64,000 bases of DNA from Pseudomonadota bacterium (GCA_043825875.1 JBDRRF010000083.1:64001-128000), one strand, 5' to 3'. Counted from the first letter of the stretch, positions 38,576 to 48,918 are shown. Notes: a model not told the origin generated them from the letters alone. Numbers and translations: made by a program.

Positions 38576-38718
38576 GAGCCAGTTTCAAAACGCCCCATTT
38601 TGGCCGATCTTAAGCGTTGGGCTCAAATTTCAATCCTCGAAATACTCTATGTATTCCTGTGGTTGAAATTTTCGTCCGCCTTGAGCTTGACCAAACTGAA
38701 ACGTTTTGAAAGTGGCTC
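38576..38718. repeat. ~143-bp palindromic MITE/REP element
   Basis: GAGCCAGTTTCAAAACG...CGTTTTGAAAGTGGCTC; near-identical copy at 60993-61134. Confidence 0.88.
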
Positions 38719-39031
38719 ATGATTTATTTGAATCATTCTCCCATATGGGGATTTTAATTTCATTAATATGTTCCCATCCGGACGCAAAGAATATTTTTGC
38801 CCACCATAGAGTTCTGTATTTCTTTGCTGATGCAATGGCTTGGTTCCATTTTGTTACTTGTGCTATAACTTCATGGGACTGCTTGTTGCCAACCCTTTGG
38901 ATATCGTTTTTCAATTGTTCTATTGAGGCTAATTGCCCCGGAAATTTCAATCGCACAGATAGAATAGTTACAAGAACAACAAAGGTAATGAACCCGATTA
39001 TTGTTAGCACTATAATTATTGCGATATCCAT
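38717..39031 (-). CDS. Small single-TM hypothetical protein
   Basis: N-terminal TM then helical region; stop codon overlaps the repeat end. Confidence 0.55.
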   Translation of the reverse strand: MDIAIIIVLTIIGFITFVVLVTILSVRLKFPGQLASIEQLKNDIQRVGNKQSHEVIAQVTKWNQAIASAKKYRTLWWAKIFFASGWEHINEIKIPIWENDSNKS

Positions 39032-39156
39032 AGTTTCTTCCTTATTTAATAATTTGTCAGATAACACAGCGTCATAACTATACCTATATTATGTCAAGAA
39101 GATGACACTTTTTAACACCCAAAAACAGAAAAAATGATTTTGAATAATGAAATGGG

Positions 39157-39183
39157 TAAATATTTTTAAATTATTGCCGATAT
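39157..39183 (+). promoter_or_regulatory. Sigma28 (FliA)-like promoter
   Basis: TAAA-N15-GCCGATAT. Confidence 0.5.
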
Positions 39184-39400
39184 TTCTATAATAAATTACT
39201 GACAACCTATTAGCATGGTATTTATTACCAATAATGATCTAAGAGTTTTATCTTACTAAATAAAAAACCAATAACAACAAAAATCAGCTTTGAGTGAAAT
39301 TTTAAGTCTTATTTTAACTATCTAATTAATTGATAATATATAATTCCAGCTTTTCTGGATAAAATCTATTGGCTAAAGAAATTTTACATATATTTTAATA

Positions 39401-39416
39401 TGGTTCGTTTTTTGCA
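39401..39416 (+). promoter_or_regulatory. Sigma54-like -24/-12 promoter
   Basis: TGGTTCGTTTTTTGCA (GG-N10-GC). Confidence 0.45.
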
Positions 39417-39503
39417 ATTATTATACGATCAAGAAGCATTGATAACCCTTATTAAAACCCTATTTCATATATTTGTTTTATAGTTTAATTTTAGGAGGAA
39501 CAA

Positions 39504-41468
39504 ATGGCAGTCGATCCAAAGACCAAGATTTTGCTCGTAGAAGATGCATCTACTATGCGTAAAATGGAAGTCAAAATTCTTAAACAATTAAGTTTTGATA
39601 ATATCATTGAAGCGGTAGATGGAGACGATGCTATTAAAAAAATTGAATCGGAAAAAAACATTCAACTGATTATAAGCGACTGGGCCATGCCCAACAAGGA
39701 TGGCTATGAACTGCTCACATGGTTAAGATCACATGAGACCTATAATAATACGCCCATGATCATGGCAACCGGACAAGGCGATAAGGAATATGTTGAAAAA
39801 GCAATGCAGGCAGGCGCTAACGGGGTAGTGGCAAAGCCTTTTACACCTGAAGATCTTAAATATCAAATAGAGAAGGCCTTTGGCATAGATAAGAAAAAGC
39901 CTAAAAAGACTGATAGCACAATAACGCTTGATAAGGAAGGAAAGGTTCTTTTAAGAATCGCACATATTCAGATCACAGATCACCTTACTCTTGGTGTTAT
40001 GAAACATATGCTTGAAAAGGGAAAAAGCAAGGCTAATCATTTTAATCTTGAGACTTTATGCATGCCCGGCTGGAATCCTGTTCAGTCGGCGCTGGAACAG
40101 GATGAAATTGATGCTGCCTTTATTCTGGCCCCGATAGCAATGGATTTGTTCAACTACGGAACGCCAATAAAGCTTGTGATGTTTGCGCATCGAAACGGCA
40201 GTATATTTGTCCGCAGCAAATCAAAAAATTACCGCAAACCCTATCAACAATTTTTTAAACACAAAACTTTTTTCATTCCCCATAAAATGTCCGTTCATAA
40301 TATGTTAGCCCATATGTATTTTACACAGATGGGTTTAAAGCCTGGCATTCCGGGCAAAGAAGCCGTCAATGTTTTGTTTGATGTTATACCCCCTGTTAAA
40401 ATGCCGGAATTTTTAGGTGAAAATCCTGAAAGCTGTGGTTTTATGGTTGCTGAGCCAATAGGATCCAGAGCAATCTCTGCCGGCATAGCGGAAAAGCAGT
40501 TTGTCTCAAGCGAAGTATGGGAAAACCATCCTTGTTGCGTTGCTGTATTCAGGGATGAGTTCATAAACAAACACCCTGATGCTGTTCAGGAATTCTGCAA
40601 TTTACTTACCCAAGCAGGCCGGTTTATCGGACAAAACCCTGATGAAGCATCCGAAATAGCAGTATCTTTTCTAGATCCCAAAGGACAAATGGGCTTACAA
40701 AAAGATCTATTAAAGAGCGTTTTGACTGATCCGAAAGGGATAAAAACCGATAATCTTTATCCTGTAATAGAAGATCTTGAAACCATCCAAAATTATATGA
40801 CAAACAACATGGGCATAGGCCGTAGCATAGATCTTAACACCTTTGTTGATAAAAGATTTGCAGACCAAGCTTACAAAGATGCTCCTGCCGGCATACGTTT
40901 AGCATCTCCCATAAAACACATGAAAGAATCGGATAATTCCTCTACAATAACTGGAAAAAGAGAACACAATATACAAACAATTGAAGACCTTAAAGTAAAA
41001 GCATCACGCGAAGGCAAATATTTAAGTTTCGGAATATCAGATGAAAAATACGGTTTGGGAATACTTGATGTAAGGGAAATTATAGGCATGCTACCGATTC
41101 GGCCCATTCCGCAGATGCCGGAATTTATAAAAGGTGTTATTAATCTAAGAGGAAAAGTTATTCCAGTTATAGATATGCGATTGAAATTCGACATGGAACC
41201 ACTTGAATATAATGACCGGACCTGCATAATAGTAGTGGAAGTTTCAGGGCTTACCGGCTCAACTCTCATGGGTTTGGTTGTTGATACTGTTTGGGAAGTT
41301 TCAGATATCAAGGAAGACGAAACGGAAGACTGCCCGCAATTTGGCTCAAACACAAACAACAATAATATTCTCGGAATTGCAAAAACAAAAGAAGGAATTA
41401 TTATTCTTTTAGACATTGATAAAATACTTCAAGCTGATGATATTGTTCAGTTAGCACAGGTTGCCTGA
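39504..41468 (+). CDS. Receiver + NrtA/CmpA/NasS-like ligand-binding + CheW fusion protein
   Basis: REC (LVED, SDW.MP, AKPF); AHRNGS, IPHKMSVHNML, FMVAEP, WENHPCC; CheW (KGVINLRGKVIPVID); no signal peptide. Confidence 0.85.
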   Translation: MAVDPKTKILLVEDASTMRKMEVKILKQLSFDNIIEAVDGDDAIKKIESEKNIQLIISDWAMPNKDGYELLTWLRSHETYNNTPMIMATGQGDKEYVEKAMQAGANGVVAKPFTPEDLKYQIEKAFGIDKKKPKKTDSTITLDKEGKVLLRIAHIQITDHLTLGVMKHMLEKGKSKANHFNLETLCMPGWNPVQSALEQDEIDAAFILAPIAMDLFNYGTPIKLVMFAHRNGSIFVRSKSKNYRKPYQQFFKHKTFFIPHKMSVHNMLAHMYFTQMGLKPGIPGKEAVNVLFDVIPPVKMPEFLGENPESCGFMVAEPIGSRAISAGIAEKQFVSSEVWENHPCCVAVFRDEFINKHPDAVQEFCNLLTQAGRFIGQNPDEASEIAVSFLDPKGQMGLQKDLLKSVLTDPKGIKTDNLYPVIEDLETIQNYMTNNMGIGRSIDLNTFVDKRFADQAYKDAPAGIRLASPIKHMKESDNSSTITGKREHNIQTIEDLKVKASREGKYLSFGISDEKYGLGILDVREIIGMLPIRPIPQMPEFIKGVINLRGKVIPVIDMRLKFDMEPLEYNDRTCIIVVEVSGLTGSTLMGLVVDTVWEVSDIKEDETEDCPQFGSNTNNNNILGIAKTKEGIIILLDIDKILQADDIVQLAQVA

Positions 41469-41596
41469 TACCAGGATGCATTCAAATTATAGCTGCGTTG
41501 GCATCGAAAGTTCTGTCATAGGCGTATTACATATACGCCTGCGGCAAAACCTCTCTGCCGTTTTGCTATCTTTTTTAATACTGCTTGCCACTCTTG

Positions 41597-42541
41597 TTAT
41601 TGGTGGGGTATATATTGAAGGTGGATTACAAAATTTATAGCCAGCGCAAAAAAGCATGAAACAAAAGGTGTTAAAAACCATCCAATCAATATATTAAAAA
41701 GCATTTTACGCTTTATGGCATTTACACCCCTTATAATTCCAACACCAAGTACTCCGCCGATAATAGCCTGAGATGAAGAAACCGGCACTCCGACAAAAGA
41801 ATAAATCTGGACGGTTAATCCTACAGAAAGAAGTACTATCAGGGCTGAAAAAGGATCAAGTTTTACCAATTTCTTACCTATATTTTCCATAAGTTTTCTG
41901 CTGTATGTAATTATACCGAAAGCAATGCTCAAACCTCCTATCAGAGCCGCCTGAAAAACGGTAAGCTTGCCTGCACCCACAAAAACAGCAGTTACATTTG
42001 CAACATTATTAGCCCCAAGAGCATATGCTCCAAATGAGCCGGCAATGAGCATTCCTGCCCTGATTATTGAATCGGATTCAAACATGTTCGGCTTATATTT
42101 ATTGTAAATAATTGCCAAAAACTTATAGAGAATAATCGCAATAATTGCACACCCAATTGGGGTTCCGAACCAGCAGGCAACTACCTTGCCCATTCCGTCA
42201 AAATTAACCTGCCTGTTTAATATTCCTATACCTATGATTGATCCCACAACGGCTTGAGATGTGGAAATAGGCAAACTATAAGCAGTCATGATAGATACCG
42301 TAAGAGCTGCCGCAACAGAAGATATTACGGCCTGCTCCAAACTAAAAGATGTGAGACCTTGAATTGTTTCAATTCCCGCCCGACCCGATATGACAGCCCC
42401 TAAAACGACAAATATAGAAGCAAGAATTGCCGCTGTCCGGAATCTGACCATTTTGGAAGAAACAGCCGTTCCAAAAACATTTGCGGCATCATTGGCGCCA
42501 AGCGCCCATCCCATAAACACTCCGCCAAGAAGAGAAAACAT
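41597..42541 (-). CDS. PiT-family inorganic phosphate transporter
   Basis: GANDAAN and GANNVAN signatures, P.S.SQA. Confidence 0.92.
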   Translation of the reverse strand: MFSLLGGVFMGWALGANDAANVFGTAVSSKMVRFRTAAILASIFVVLGAVISGRAGIETIQGLTSFSLEQAVISSVAAALTVSIMTAYSLPISTSQAVVGSIIGIGILNRQVNFDGMGKVVACWFGTPIGCAIIAIILYKFLAIIYNKYKPNMFESDSIIRAGMLIAGSFGAYALGANNVANVTAVFVGAGKLTVFQAALIGGLSIAFGIITYSRKLMENIGKKLVKLDPFSALIVLLSVGLTVQIYSFVGVPVSSSQAIIGGVLGVGIIRGVNAIKRKMLFNILIGWFLTPFVSCFFALAINFVIHLQYIPHQ

Positions 42542-42544
42542 TTT

Positions 42545-43198
42545 TTATATTCGCCTCTTGAGACTGAATATATTTATACGTTTGGACACCCGTTCGGCCC
42601 CATCGGATACATTGCCTATTCTTTCAATAAGCTCTTTTAACTGAAGCTTTTCAAACCACTCTAAATCGGAATCAATGATCATTGAAATTATTCTTTGTTC
42701 AATGTTATCGCAATGGCTTTCATTAGTATCAATTAAGCCTAGAAGTTCTCTTATTCCATTGGTGTTTGTAAAAAATGCTATGGACTGTCTGTTAAGGAGT
42801 TCACAACACTCAACACTAATTTTGACAAGCTCTTTGGTATCGGAAATAATAAAACTTGGAACAACAAGTTTTTGGACTTGCATCATATGAAGAATATCTT
42901 TAAACAGCCTTGAGATAATATCAAATTCGGAAAGAAGAGCCATTATATCTCCTCTGGAATCAGGAATAAGGGCCTTGGCATACAATGTACTGTTTATCTC
43001 ATCACTTATATCAGTTATTTTATTTTCATACCTATGAGTTTGTTTTATATAAAAATCAAAATTTTCACAGCTTATTTCATCTAAAAAACAAAAATTCATA
43101 GATTGTGAAAAACTCTCATAAATTAATTTGAAAGTATCAAGATATTCATAAATCAATAATTCTACCTGGCGTTCTTTTTTAAAAAGAAAATTAAGCAT
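42545..43198 (-). CDS. DUF47 (PhoU-like) phosphate transport regulator
   Basis: E...D helical repeats, IPDSRGDI; adjacent to pit. Confidence 0.85.
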   Translation of the reverse strand: MLNFLFKKERQVELLIYEYLDTFKLIYESFSQSMNFCFLDEISCENFDFYIKQTHRYENKITDISDEINSTLYAKALIPDSRGDIMALLSEFDIISRLFKDILHMMQVQKLVVPSFIISDTKELVKISVECCELLNRQSIAFFTNTNGIRELLGLIDTNESHCDNIEQRIISMIIDSDLEWFEKLQLKELIERIGNVSDGAERVSKRINIFSLKRRI

Positions 43199-43257
43199 AC
43201 AAGTTACCTTCCATACATTGAAAATTTTCGGCCCAAGCAACGCGGCAATATTAAATT

Positions 43258-43779
43258 CTAAAGCTTATTTGATTTAATAATATTACGTCTCTTTTTTTTG
43301 GAAAGCTTTCTTCCCGGTCCCTTCTTTTTGGTGGTAGGTTGCCATTTCCTTTCTTCAACTTCGGAATCATCCATATTATTAAAGTCTGAGGCCACCTTAA
43401 TCTTAGTTTCAAATAAAGGAGAGCTTATAGTTGCAACCCCTTTTGATTCGGCATATTTGATAATATCCATATCCGAACTTACTATTAAAGCTTTTTCCCT
43501 GTGTACGGTCACCATCTTTTTTATTACTGTATCAGCAGAATCAGGATATTTAGAGTACCTTATGTCTATCCCTTTTATTCTATCTCTTTCTGATGAAAAC
43601 ATGGGTGCATTTGCGCCATCAAACACCACTATTATCCTGTGGGGTTTTATTTTTTTATAGGCAGCAAGCATGTCTATCAAAGCATTTCTCCCAAGCCCGA
43701 TATCTTTACGGTCAAGAGAACTCAAAAAAGACGATTGGCGAATCAAATTGTATCCGTCAATTATTATATTAAGAGACAT
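43258..43779 (-). CDS. NYN-domain (YacP-like) ribonuclease
   Basis: IIDGYNL, VVFDG, SADTVI, VSSD. Confidence 0.88.
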   Translation of the reverse strand: MSLNIIIDGYNLIRQSSFLSSLDRKDIGLGRNALIDMLAAYKKIKPHRIIVVFDGANAPMFSSERDRIKGIDIRYSKYPDSADTVIKKMVTVHREKALIVSSDMDIIKYAESKGVATISSPLFETKIKVASDFNNMDDSEVEERKWQPTTKKKGPGRKLSKKKRRNIIKSNKL

Positions 43780-43797
43780 GGTTGCATATAAATTTTA

Positions 43798-44691
43798 TCA
43801 GTGCTTTTGTTTAAGGCGGCCTATGAGGTTGTCAAGGTCTTCGTTACTGTAAAATTCAATCTCTACTTTTCCTCTTTTACCCTGCCGTTTTATAGCAACT
43901 TTTGTTCCGAAATGGCTGGAAAGATCATTTTCAAGGCTTGAAAAATATATGTCGTCAGAAGATTTGCCAGTTGTTTTCTTTTTACTTTTATCGGTTTTCA
44001 AGCGCTTTATAAGATTTTCGGTTTCCCTTACAGAAAGTCCTTTTGAAATCACATTTCTCCATGCAGCATTCTGTTGTGCAGGTGTTTCGGCTCCAAGCAG
44101 TGCTCTTGCATGACCCATGCTGATTTTTCCTTCAAATAAGCTCTCTTTAATCTGATGGGGCAATTGACGAAGCCGTAAGATATTGGCTACAGCAGGTCTG
44201 CTTTTTCCAACACGTTTTGCAGCCTCTTCCTGTGTCAGATCAAATTCGGTCATCAGGCGGTGATAAGCTTCAGCTTCTTCTATAGGGTTTAGGTTTTCAC
44301 GCTGTATATTTTCAATGATTGAAATTTCAAGCATCTCTGTATCAGAAACATTTTTAACTATAACCGGAACCTGGGCCAAGCCGGCTATTTTTGCCGCCCT
44401 GAGCCTTCTTTCACCGGCTATCAATTCGAAACCTCCGGAACTTTTTCTTACAAGAAGAGGCTGAATAATTCCTTTTTCCTTGATAGATTGAGCAAGCTCT
44501 AAAAGCTCGTTTTCAGAAAAATGAACCCTGGGCTGGTATTGGCTGGGTATTATAAGCCCTATATCGCTATTTATGTGCTTTCCCGATTCTTTTTTATCAG
44601 AGTCAGAATCAATTCCGGGTATCAGGGCGCCAAGACCCTTTCCAAGAGCAATCTTTTTCTTCAGTTTCGATCCAGGATCCTTAGTCATCAT
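43798..44691 (-). CDS. parB: Chromosome partitioning protein ParB/Spo0J
   Basis: LGKGLGAL, QPR, IAGERRLRA, ENIQRENL, HTH. Confidence 0.96.
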   Translation of the reverse strand: MMTKDPGSKLKKKIALGKGLGALIPGIDSDSDKKESGKHINSDIGLIIPSQYQPRVHFSENELLELAQSIKEKGIIQPLLVRKSSGGFELIAGERRLRAAKIAGLAQVPVIVKNVSDTEMLEISIIENIQRENLNPIEEAEAYHRLMTEFDLTQEEAAKRVGKSRPAVANILRLRQLPHQIKESLFEGKISMGHARALLGAETPAQQNAAWRNVISKGLSVRETENLIKRLKTDKSKKKTTGKSSDDIYFSSLENDLSSHFGTKVAIKRQGKRGKVEIEFYSNEDLDNLIGRLKQKH

Positions 44692-44794
44692 AATCTCCAG
44701 ATATTCAAATCTGACGGCTTTAGAAAAAGTCCGTCAACTGGCCATGGGCGTATAAACCCCGACCAAAGATGAGGGTGTAATCAGTTAAATTATA

Positions 44795-45583
44795 TTAATC
44801 GGCAGAAGAAGAAAATCCATCACCTGCCATGTTCATTATCTCTTGCGCAAGGCTGATATAGCTTTTTGCACCAATAGAAGCAGCATCATAGAGCATTATC
44901 GGTTTTCCGAAACTTGGTGCTTCTCCAAGCCTGACATTTCTTGGCACTATTGTTTTAAACAAAAGGTTATTAAAGTATTTTGCTGCATCTTCAGCAACCT
45001 GTACAGACAAATTGGTCCTCTTATCGTACATAGTAAGAAGAATTCCTGCAATTTTAAGGTCAGAATTTAAGCTTTTCCTGATGTGTTTTACTGTCTCTAA
45101 AAGCTGCCCTAAACCTTCTAAAGCATAAAATTCACACTGAAGGGGAATAAGAAGATAATTGGAAGCCGTAAGCGCATTAACAGTCAAAAGGCTCAACGAT
45201 GGCGGACAATCAATAATAATGTATTCAAACATATCAGAGGCTTTTAAAAGAAGATTTTTCAAAAACAATTCACGTCCGTTGTCAGACATCATCTCAACCT
45301 CGAACCCTATCAGCTCGATATTTGAGGGAATTGCTTTTAAGTATTCAATCTCCGTATCAAAAAGGATACTTCCCAAATCCGATTCTCCGATCATGCCATG
45401 GTAAAGATTTTTTTTAATAGTGGCCTTATCGATACCCAAACCTGTTGTTGCGTTACCTTGAGGATCGCAATCAACGATAAGCGTTTTTTTTTCGGAAATA
45501 GCAAGTGATGCCGCAAGATTAACTGCTGTTGTAGTTTTGCCGACCCCGCCTTTCTGATTCGCTATGCATATTGTATGTGCCAT
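44795..45583 (-). CDS. parA: Chromosome partitioning ATPase ParA/Soj
   Basis: NQKGGVGKTT, DPQGN, DCPP, EAPSFGKP. Confidence 0.96.
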   Translation of the reverse strand: MAHTICIANQKGGVGKTTTAVNLAASLAISEKKTLIVDCDPQGNATTGLGIDKATIKKNLYHGMIGESDLGSILFDTEIEYLKAIPSNIELIGFEVEMMSDNGRELFLKNLLLKASDMFEYIIIDCPPSLSLLTVNALTASNYLLIPLQCEFYALEGLGQLLETVKHIRKSLNSDLKIAGILLTMYDKRTNLSVQVAEDAAKYFNNLLFKTIVPRNVRLGEAPSFGKPIMLYDAASIGAKSYISLAQEIMNMAGDGFSSSAD

Positions 45584-46005
45584 AATAAATTAGCTTTCTA
45601 ACACAAATCTTCATAATTGAAAAGGATATATGCATAACATCCTTAAAATATAATAGGGTAGCTGCTTTGGGCGTTAACATAATCTGAATACATATTATAT
45701 GGGATATTATATTTATTAGTTATATTTAACGTATGCACTGATTTTTATTAATCGGTGAGGCCGAAAAAATAACTTTACCCAACCTAATAGAAGACTTAGT
45801 GATTTATAATTTTCTTGATTTAGTTCTCTCTGATGATATAAAGTACGTAATAATTTAATTGCAATTAATAGCTATCTATCAAACAGAAGGTTTCAAAATC
45901 GGACGCTATGTTACTTGAAGATTAATATTGTTATGTGCGTAAGATCCGCAGGACAATTGAAATACTCCTTAATTCAGTCTTTACCTAAGCGCAGGGGGAT
46001 ATCAG

Positions 46006-46209
46006 GTGAAGGATAGAGTTATTCAATTGCCAGAAGCTCCTTCAATAGATGATTTCCGCGATTTGAATAAGCTGGCTATTCAGAAGAAACTGGAAAAGTC
46101 CGGTCCGGATGTTTTGCGATATGAGGATCGTCTGATTCAATTCATCGCTAATGGCGTTGAAGTTCCCCGATCGGATTCGTCCAAAGCTGGTTTTAGCAAA
46201 GCGCTATAA
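46006..46209 (+). CDS. Small hypothetical protein or gene remnant
   Basis: GTG start after GGGGG; 19 bp upstream of the PHP-ATPase gene. Confidence 0.3.
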   Translation: MKDRVIQLPEAPSIDDFRDLNKLAIQKKLEKSGPDVLRYEDRLIQFIANGVEVPRSDSSKAGFSKAL

Positions 46210-46228
46210 GGTTGTGTAGGTAAATATA

Positions 46229-48907
46229 ATGAGTTATACAGAAGCAATCATAAATGCCCAAAACTTACCTTCCGGCGCTCGTTTCTATCGTTGCGCGCTA
46301 CAGGTGAATCCATTTGAGTATCTGGTGCGCAATAAAAAACCGACGGTTTTCAGCGATGAGGCGGATTACAATAAAGCAATAGTGGAAGCATGCCGGAGAA
46401 AGGGTATTGAAGTCCTCGGAATTACCGATCACTATCGCGTTCGGTCGTCACAGTCACTCTTACAGGCGGCCCAAGCAGCGGGGATTATTGTGTTCCCCGG
46501 ATTCGAAGCAGTAAGCAAGGATGGAGTACATCTGCTCTGTCTGTTTGACCCCACCAAGGATATCCATTCTATGGAGAGAATTCTTGGAGACTGTGGCATC
46601 CATGAAGATGAAGCCGTCTCGCCGGCAGGAAAATACGATGTCATTGAGTTTTTGAAGGAATCCCACGAATGCTGGGGAAGTATTTGTATCGCGGCCCATG
46701 TCGCTAGCGAAGGGGGGCTTTTGCATCGGCTTTCCGGGCAGCCAAGGGTAAATGCCTGGACATGTCCTCATCTATTAGCTTGCGCCTTGCCAGGGCAGGT
46801 CGATGATGCGCCCGACAACGTCCGGCCGATCTTACAAAATAAAAATCCGGACTACCGTCGCGATAGGCCAGTTGCAGTGATCAACGCTCAGGATGTATCG
46901 GGTCCGGAGGATTTGGAAAAACCCGGTGCTTCCTGCTGGATTAAAATGTCGAACGTTACGATAGAGGGATTGAGACAAGCCTTTCTCGATCCGGTATCAA
47001 GGATACGCCTGGCCAGCGACCCATCACCAGAAGAACATACCGAGTTTATCGCTATGACCTGGCAGGGTGGCTTTCTGGATGGTGCGGCCATTCATTTAAA
47101 CGAGAACCTGAATGTGCTCATTGGCGGACGGGGAACCGGCAAATCCACCATCGTCGAAAGCATCCGTTATGTTCTCGGCATGGACCCCATCGGCGAAGAA
47201 GCACAAAAATCACATAGCGGCATTATCCGCCAGGTCCTGAAAAGCGGCACAAAGGTATCCATGCTGATCCGATCTTATCACCCGGATAAGCGCCATTACC
47301 TCATTGAACGGACGATCCCCAATCCGCCGGTTGTCAAAGACGAGACCGGCAACGTGCTCAATCTGACGCCTGCGGATGTAGTTCCCCAGACCGAGATATA
47401 CGGGCAGCATGAGATTTCAGAATTAACGAAAAGCCGGGATAAACTCACCAGGCTTCTGGGCCGTTTTGTTGAGCATGATCTTTACATTGCAAAACGAAAA
47501 AGCAGCGTCCGCCAGCAATTAGAGCGTTCGCGTTCGCGCTTGCTTGAAACTCAAAAAGAACTTACCCAAATCGAAGAACGTTTGGCTTCTCTGCCGGCTC
47601 TTGAAGAAACTTTGCGTCGGTTTCAAGATGCCGGGCTCGAGGAAAAGTTGAAGGAACAAAGTCTTCTCGTACGGGAAGAACGAGTGCTAAAAACCGCAGA
47701 AGAGCGAATAGTCCCCTTCATAGAGTTACTCAGCCAGTTCAACAGTTTACTACCCATCGATTGTGCGTTCCTTTCTGAAAAAGCTCTCGAAAACTTGCCT
47801 GGAAAAGATATCTTGAGCGGTGCGGCCAGAATTTTGAATCAATTAACAGCAGATATAACGCGAATTACTGGAGAAATGGACCAAGCTATTGAAAGGGGAC
47901 AGACCGGCTTCGGCGAAATACGTAAGCGTTGTGAGGATCGGAAAATCGCGGTCATGAAAGCTTACGAGACCATATTGCGTGACCTGCAGAAATCCAAAAT
48001 CGATGGGGAAGAATTCATCCGCCTGCGACGACAAATTGAAGAGCTGCGCCCGCTGAAGGAAAGGCAGACCCTGTTGATGCGCGATATGCAGGCGTATGAT
48101 GCGGAGCGACGCAACCTGCTCTCAGAATGGGAGGATGTCAAGGCCGAGGAGTTCCGAAATATCGATCGTGCCGCGAAAAAAGTCAGCAAGAAGCTTGATG
48201 GCCGTGTTTTGGTCGATGTGACTGCGGGCGGCAACCGGGAGCCGTTGTTTCAACTCCTGCGTGATCAGATTGGCGGACGATTATCCGAAGCAATTGAGAC
48301 TTTGACGAAAAGCGAAGATTTTTCATTGCCGGTTTTCGCTTCGGCATGTTGGACGGGCAAGGAAGCCCTTTCCCGGCAATTCGGTCTTCCTGCCAGTCAA
48401 GCTGAGCGCATTGCCCAGGCAAAACCTGATGTCATCATGCAAATCGAGGAGTTGGAATTGCCGCCAACCACAGACATTAAATTGAATGTCGCCGCAGACG
48501 ATCAGTCCCCCATGTGGCAGTCTCTCGAGAACCTTTCTACAGGTCAGAAGGCGACTGCAGTTCTCCTTCTTTTATTGCTTGAATCGAATGCACCTTTGGT
48601 TGTGGACCAGCCTGAAGATGACCTTGACAACCGGTTTATTTCTGATGGCATCGTTCCAAAAATGCGCGAAGAAAAACGCCGTCGGCAATTTATTTTTGCC
48701 ACCCATAATGCAAACATTCCTGTTTTAGCGGACGCCGAATTAATTTTGGGGTTGACCGCCTATGGTGAGGCCGATCAGGGCAAAGCCAAATTATCGGAAG
48801 AGCATATGGGCTCCATCGACACAAAGGCGGTCCGCGAAATGGTTGAAGAAATCCTCGAGGGAGGCAAGGACGCTTTTGAGATGCGCCGTTTAAAATATGG
48901 GTTTTGA
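46229..48907 (+). CDS. PHP-domain + ABC/SMC-like ATPase (TrlF/Ppl-like, putative anti-phage)
   Basis: GITDHY, PGFE, HLLCLF, AAHV; Walker A GGRGTGKS, coiled coil, LSTGQK, VVDQPEDDLD, ATHN. Confidence 0.85.
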   Translation: MSYTEAIINAQNLPSGARFYRCALQVNPFEYLVRNKKPTVFSDEADYNKAIVEACRRKGIEVLGITDHYRVRSSQSLLQAAQAAGIIVFPGFEAVSKDGVHLLCLFDPTKDIHSMERILGDCGIHEDEAVSPAGKYDVIEFLKESHECWGSICIAAHVASEGGLLHRLSGQPRVNAWTCPHLLACALPGQVDDAPDNVRPILQNKNPDYRRDRPVAVINAQDVSGPEDLEKPGASCWIKMSNVTIEGLRQAFLDPVSRIRLASDPSPEEHTEFIAMTWQGGFLDGAAIHLNENLNVLIGGRGTGKSTIVESIRYVLGMDPIGEEAQKSHSGIIRQVLKSGTKVSMLIRSYHPDKRHYLIERTIPNPPVVKDETGNVLNLTPADVVPQTEIYGQHEISELTKSRDKLTRLLGRFVEHDLYIAKRKSSVRQQLERSRSRLLETQKELTQIEERLASLPALEETLRRFQDAGLEEKLKEQSLLVREERVLKTAEERIVPFIELLSQFNSLLPIDCAFLSEKALENLPGKDILSGAARILNQLTADITRITGEMDQAIERGQTGFGEIRKRCEDRKIAVMKAYETILRDLQKSKIDGEEFIRLRRQIEELRPLKERQTLLMRDMQAYDAERRNLLSEWEDVKAEEFRNIDRAAKKVSKKLDGRVLVDVTAGGNREPLFQLLRDQIGGRLSEAIETLTKSEDFSLPVFASACWTGKEALSRQFGLPASQAERIAQAKPDVIMQIEELELPPTTDIKLNVAADDQSPMWQSLENLSTGQKATAVLLLLLLESNAPLVVDQPEDDLDNRFISDGIVPKMREEKRRRQFIFATHNANIPVLADAELILGLTAYGEADQGKAKLSEEHMGSIDTKAVREMVEEILEGGKDAFEMRRLKYGF

Positions 48908-48918
48908 GGGATAAGGAT

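Noticed and set aside
44711..44740. Hairpin TGACGG...CCGTCA between parA and parB
   Set aside because: Possibly a repeat remnant, but too short and with no full second copy in the window
43798..45900. parS or oriC near parAB
   Set aside because: No TGTTTCACGTGAAACA-like site or DnaA-box cluster seen
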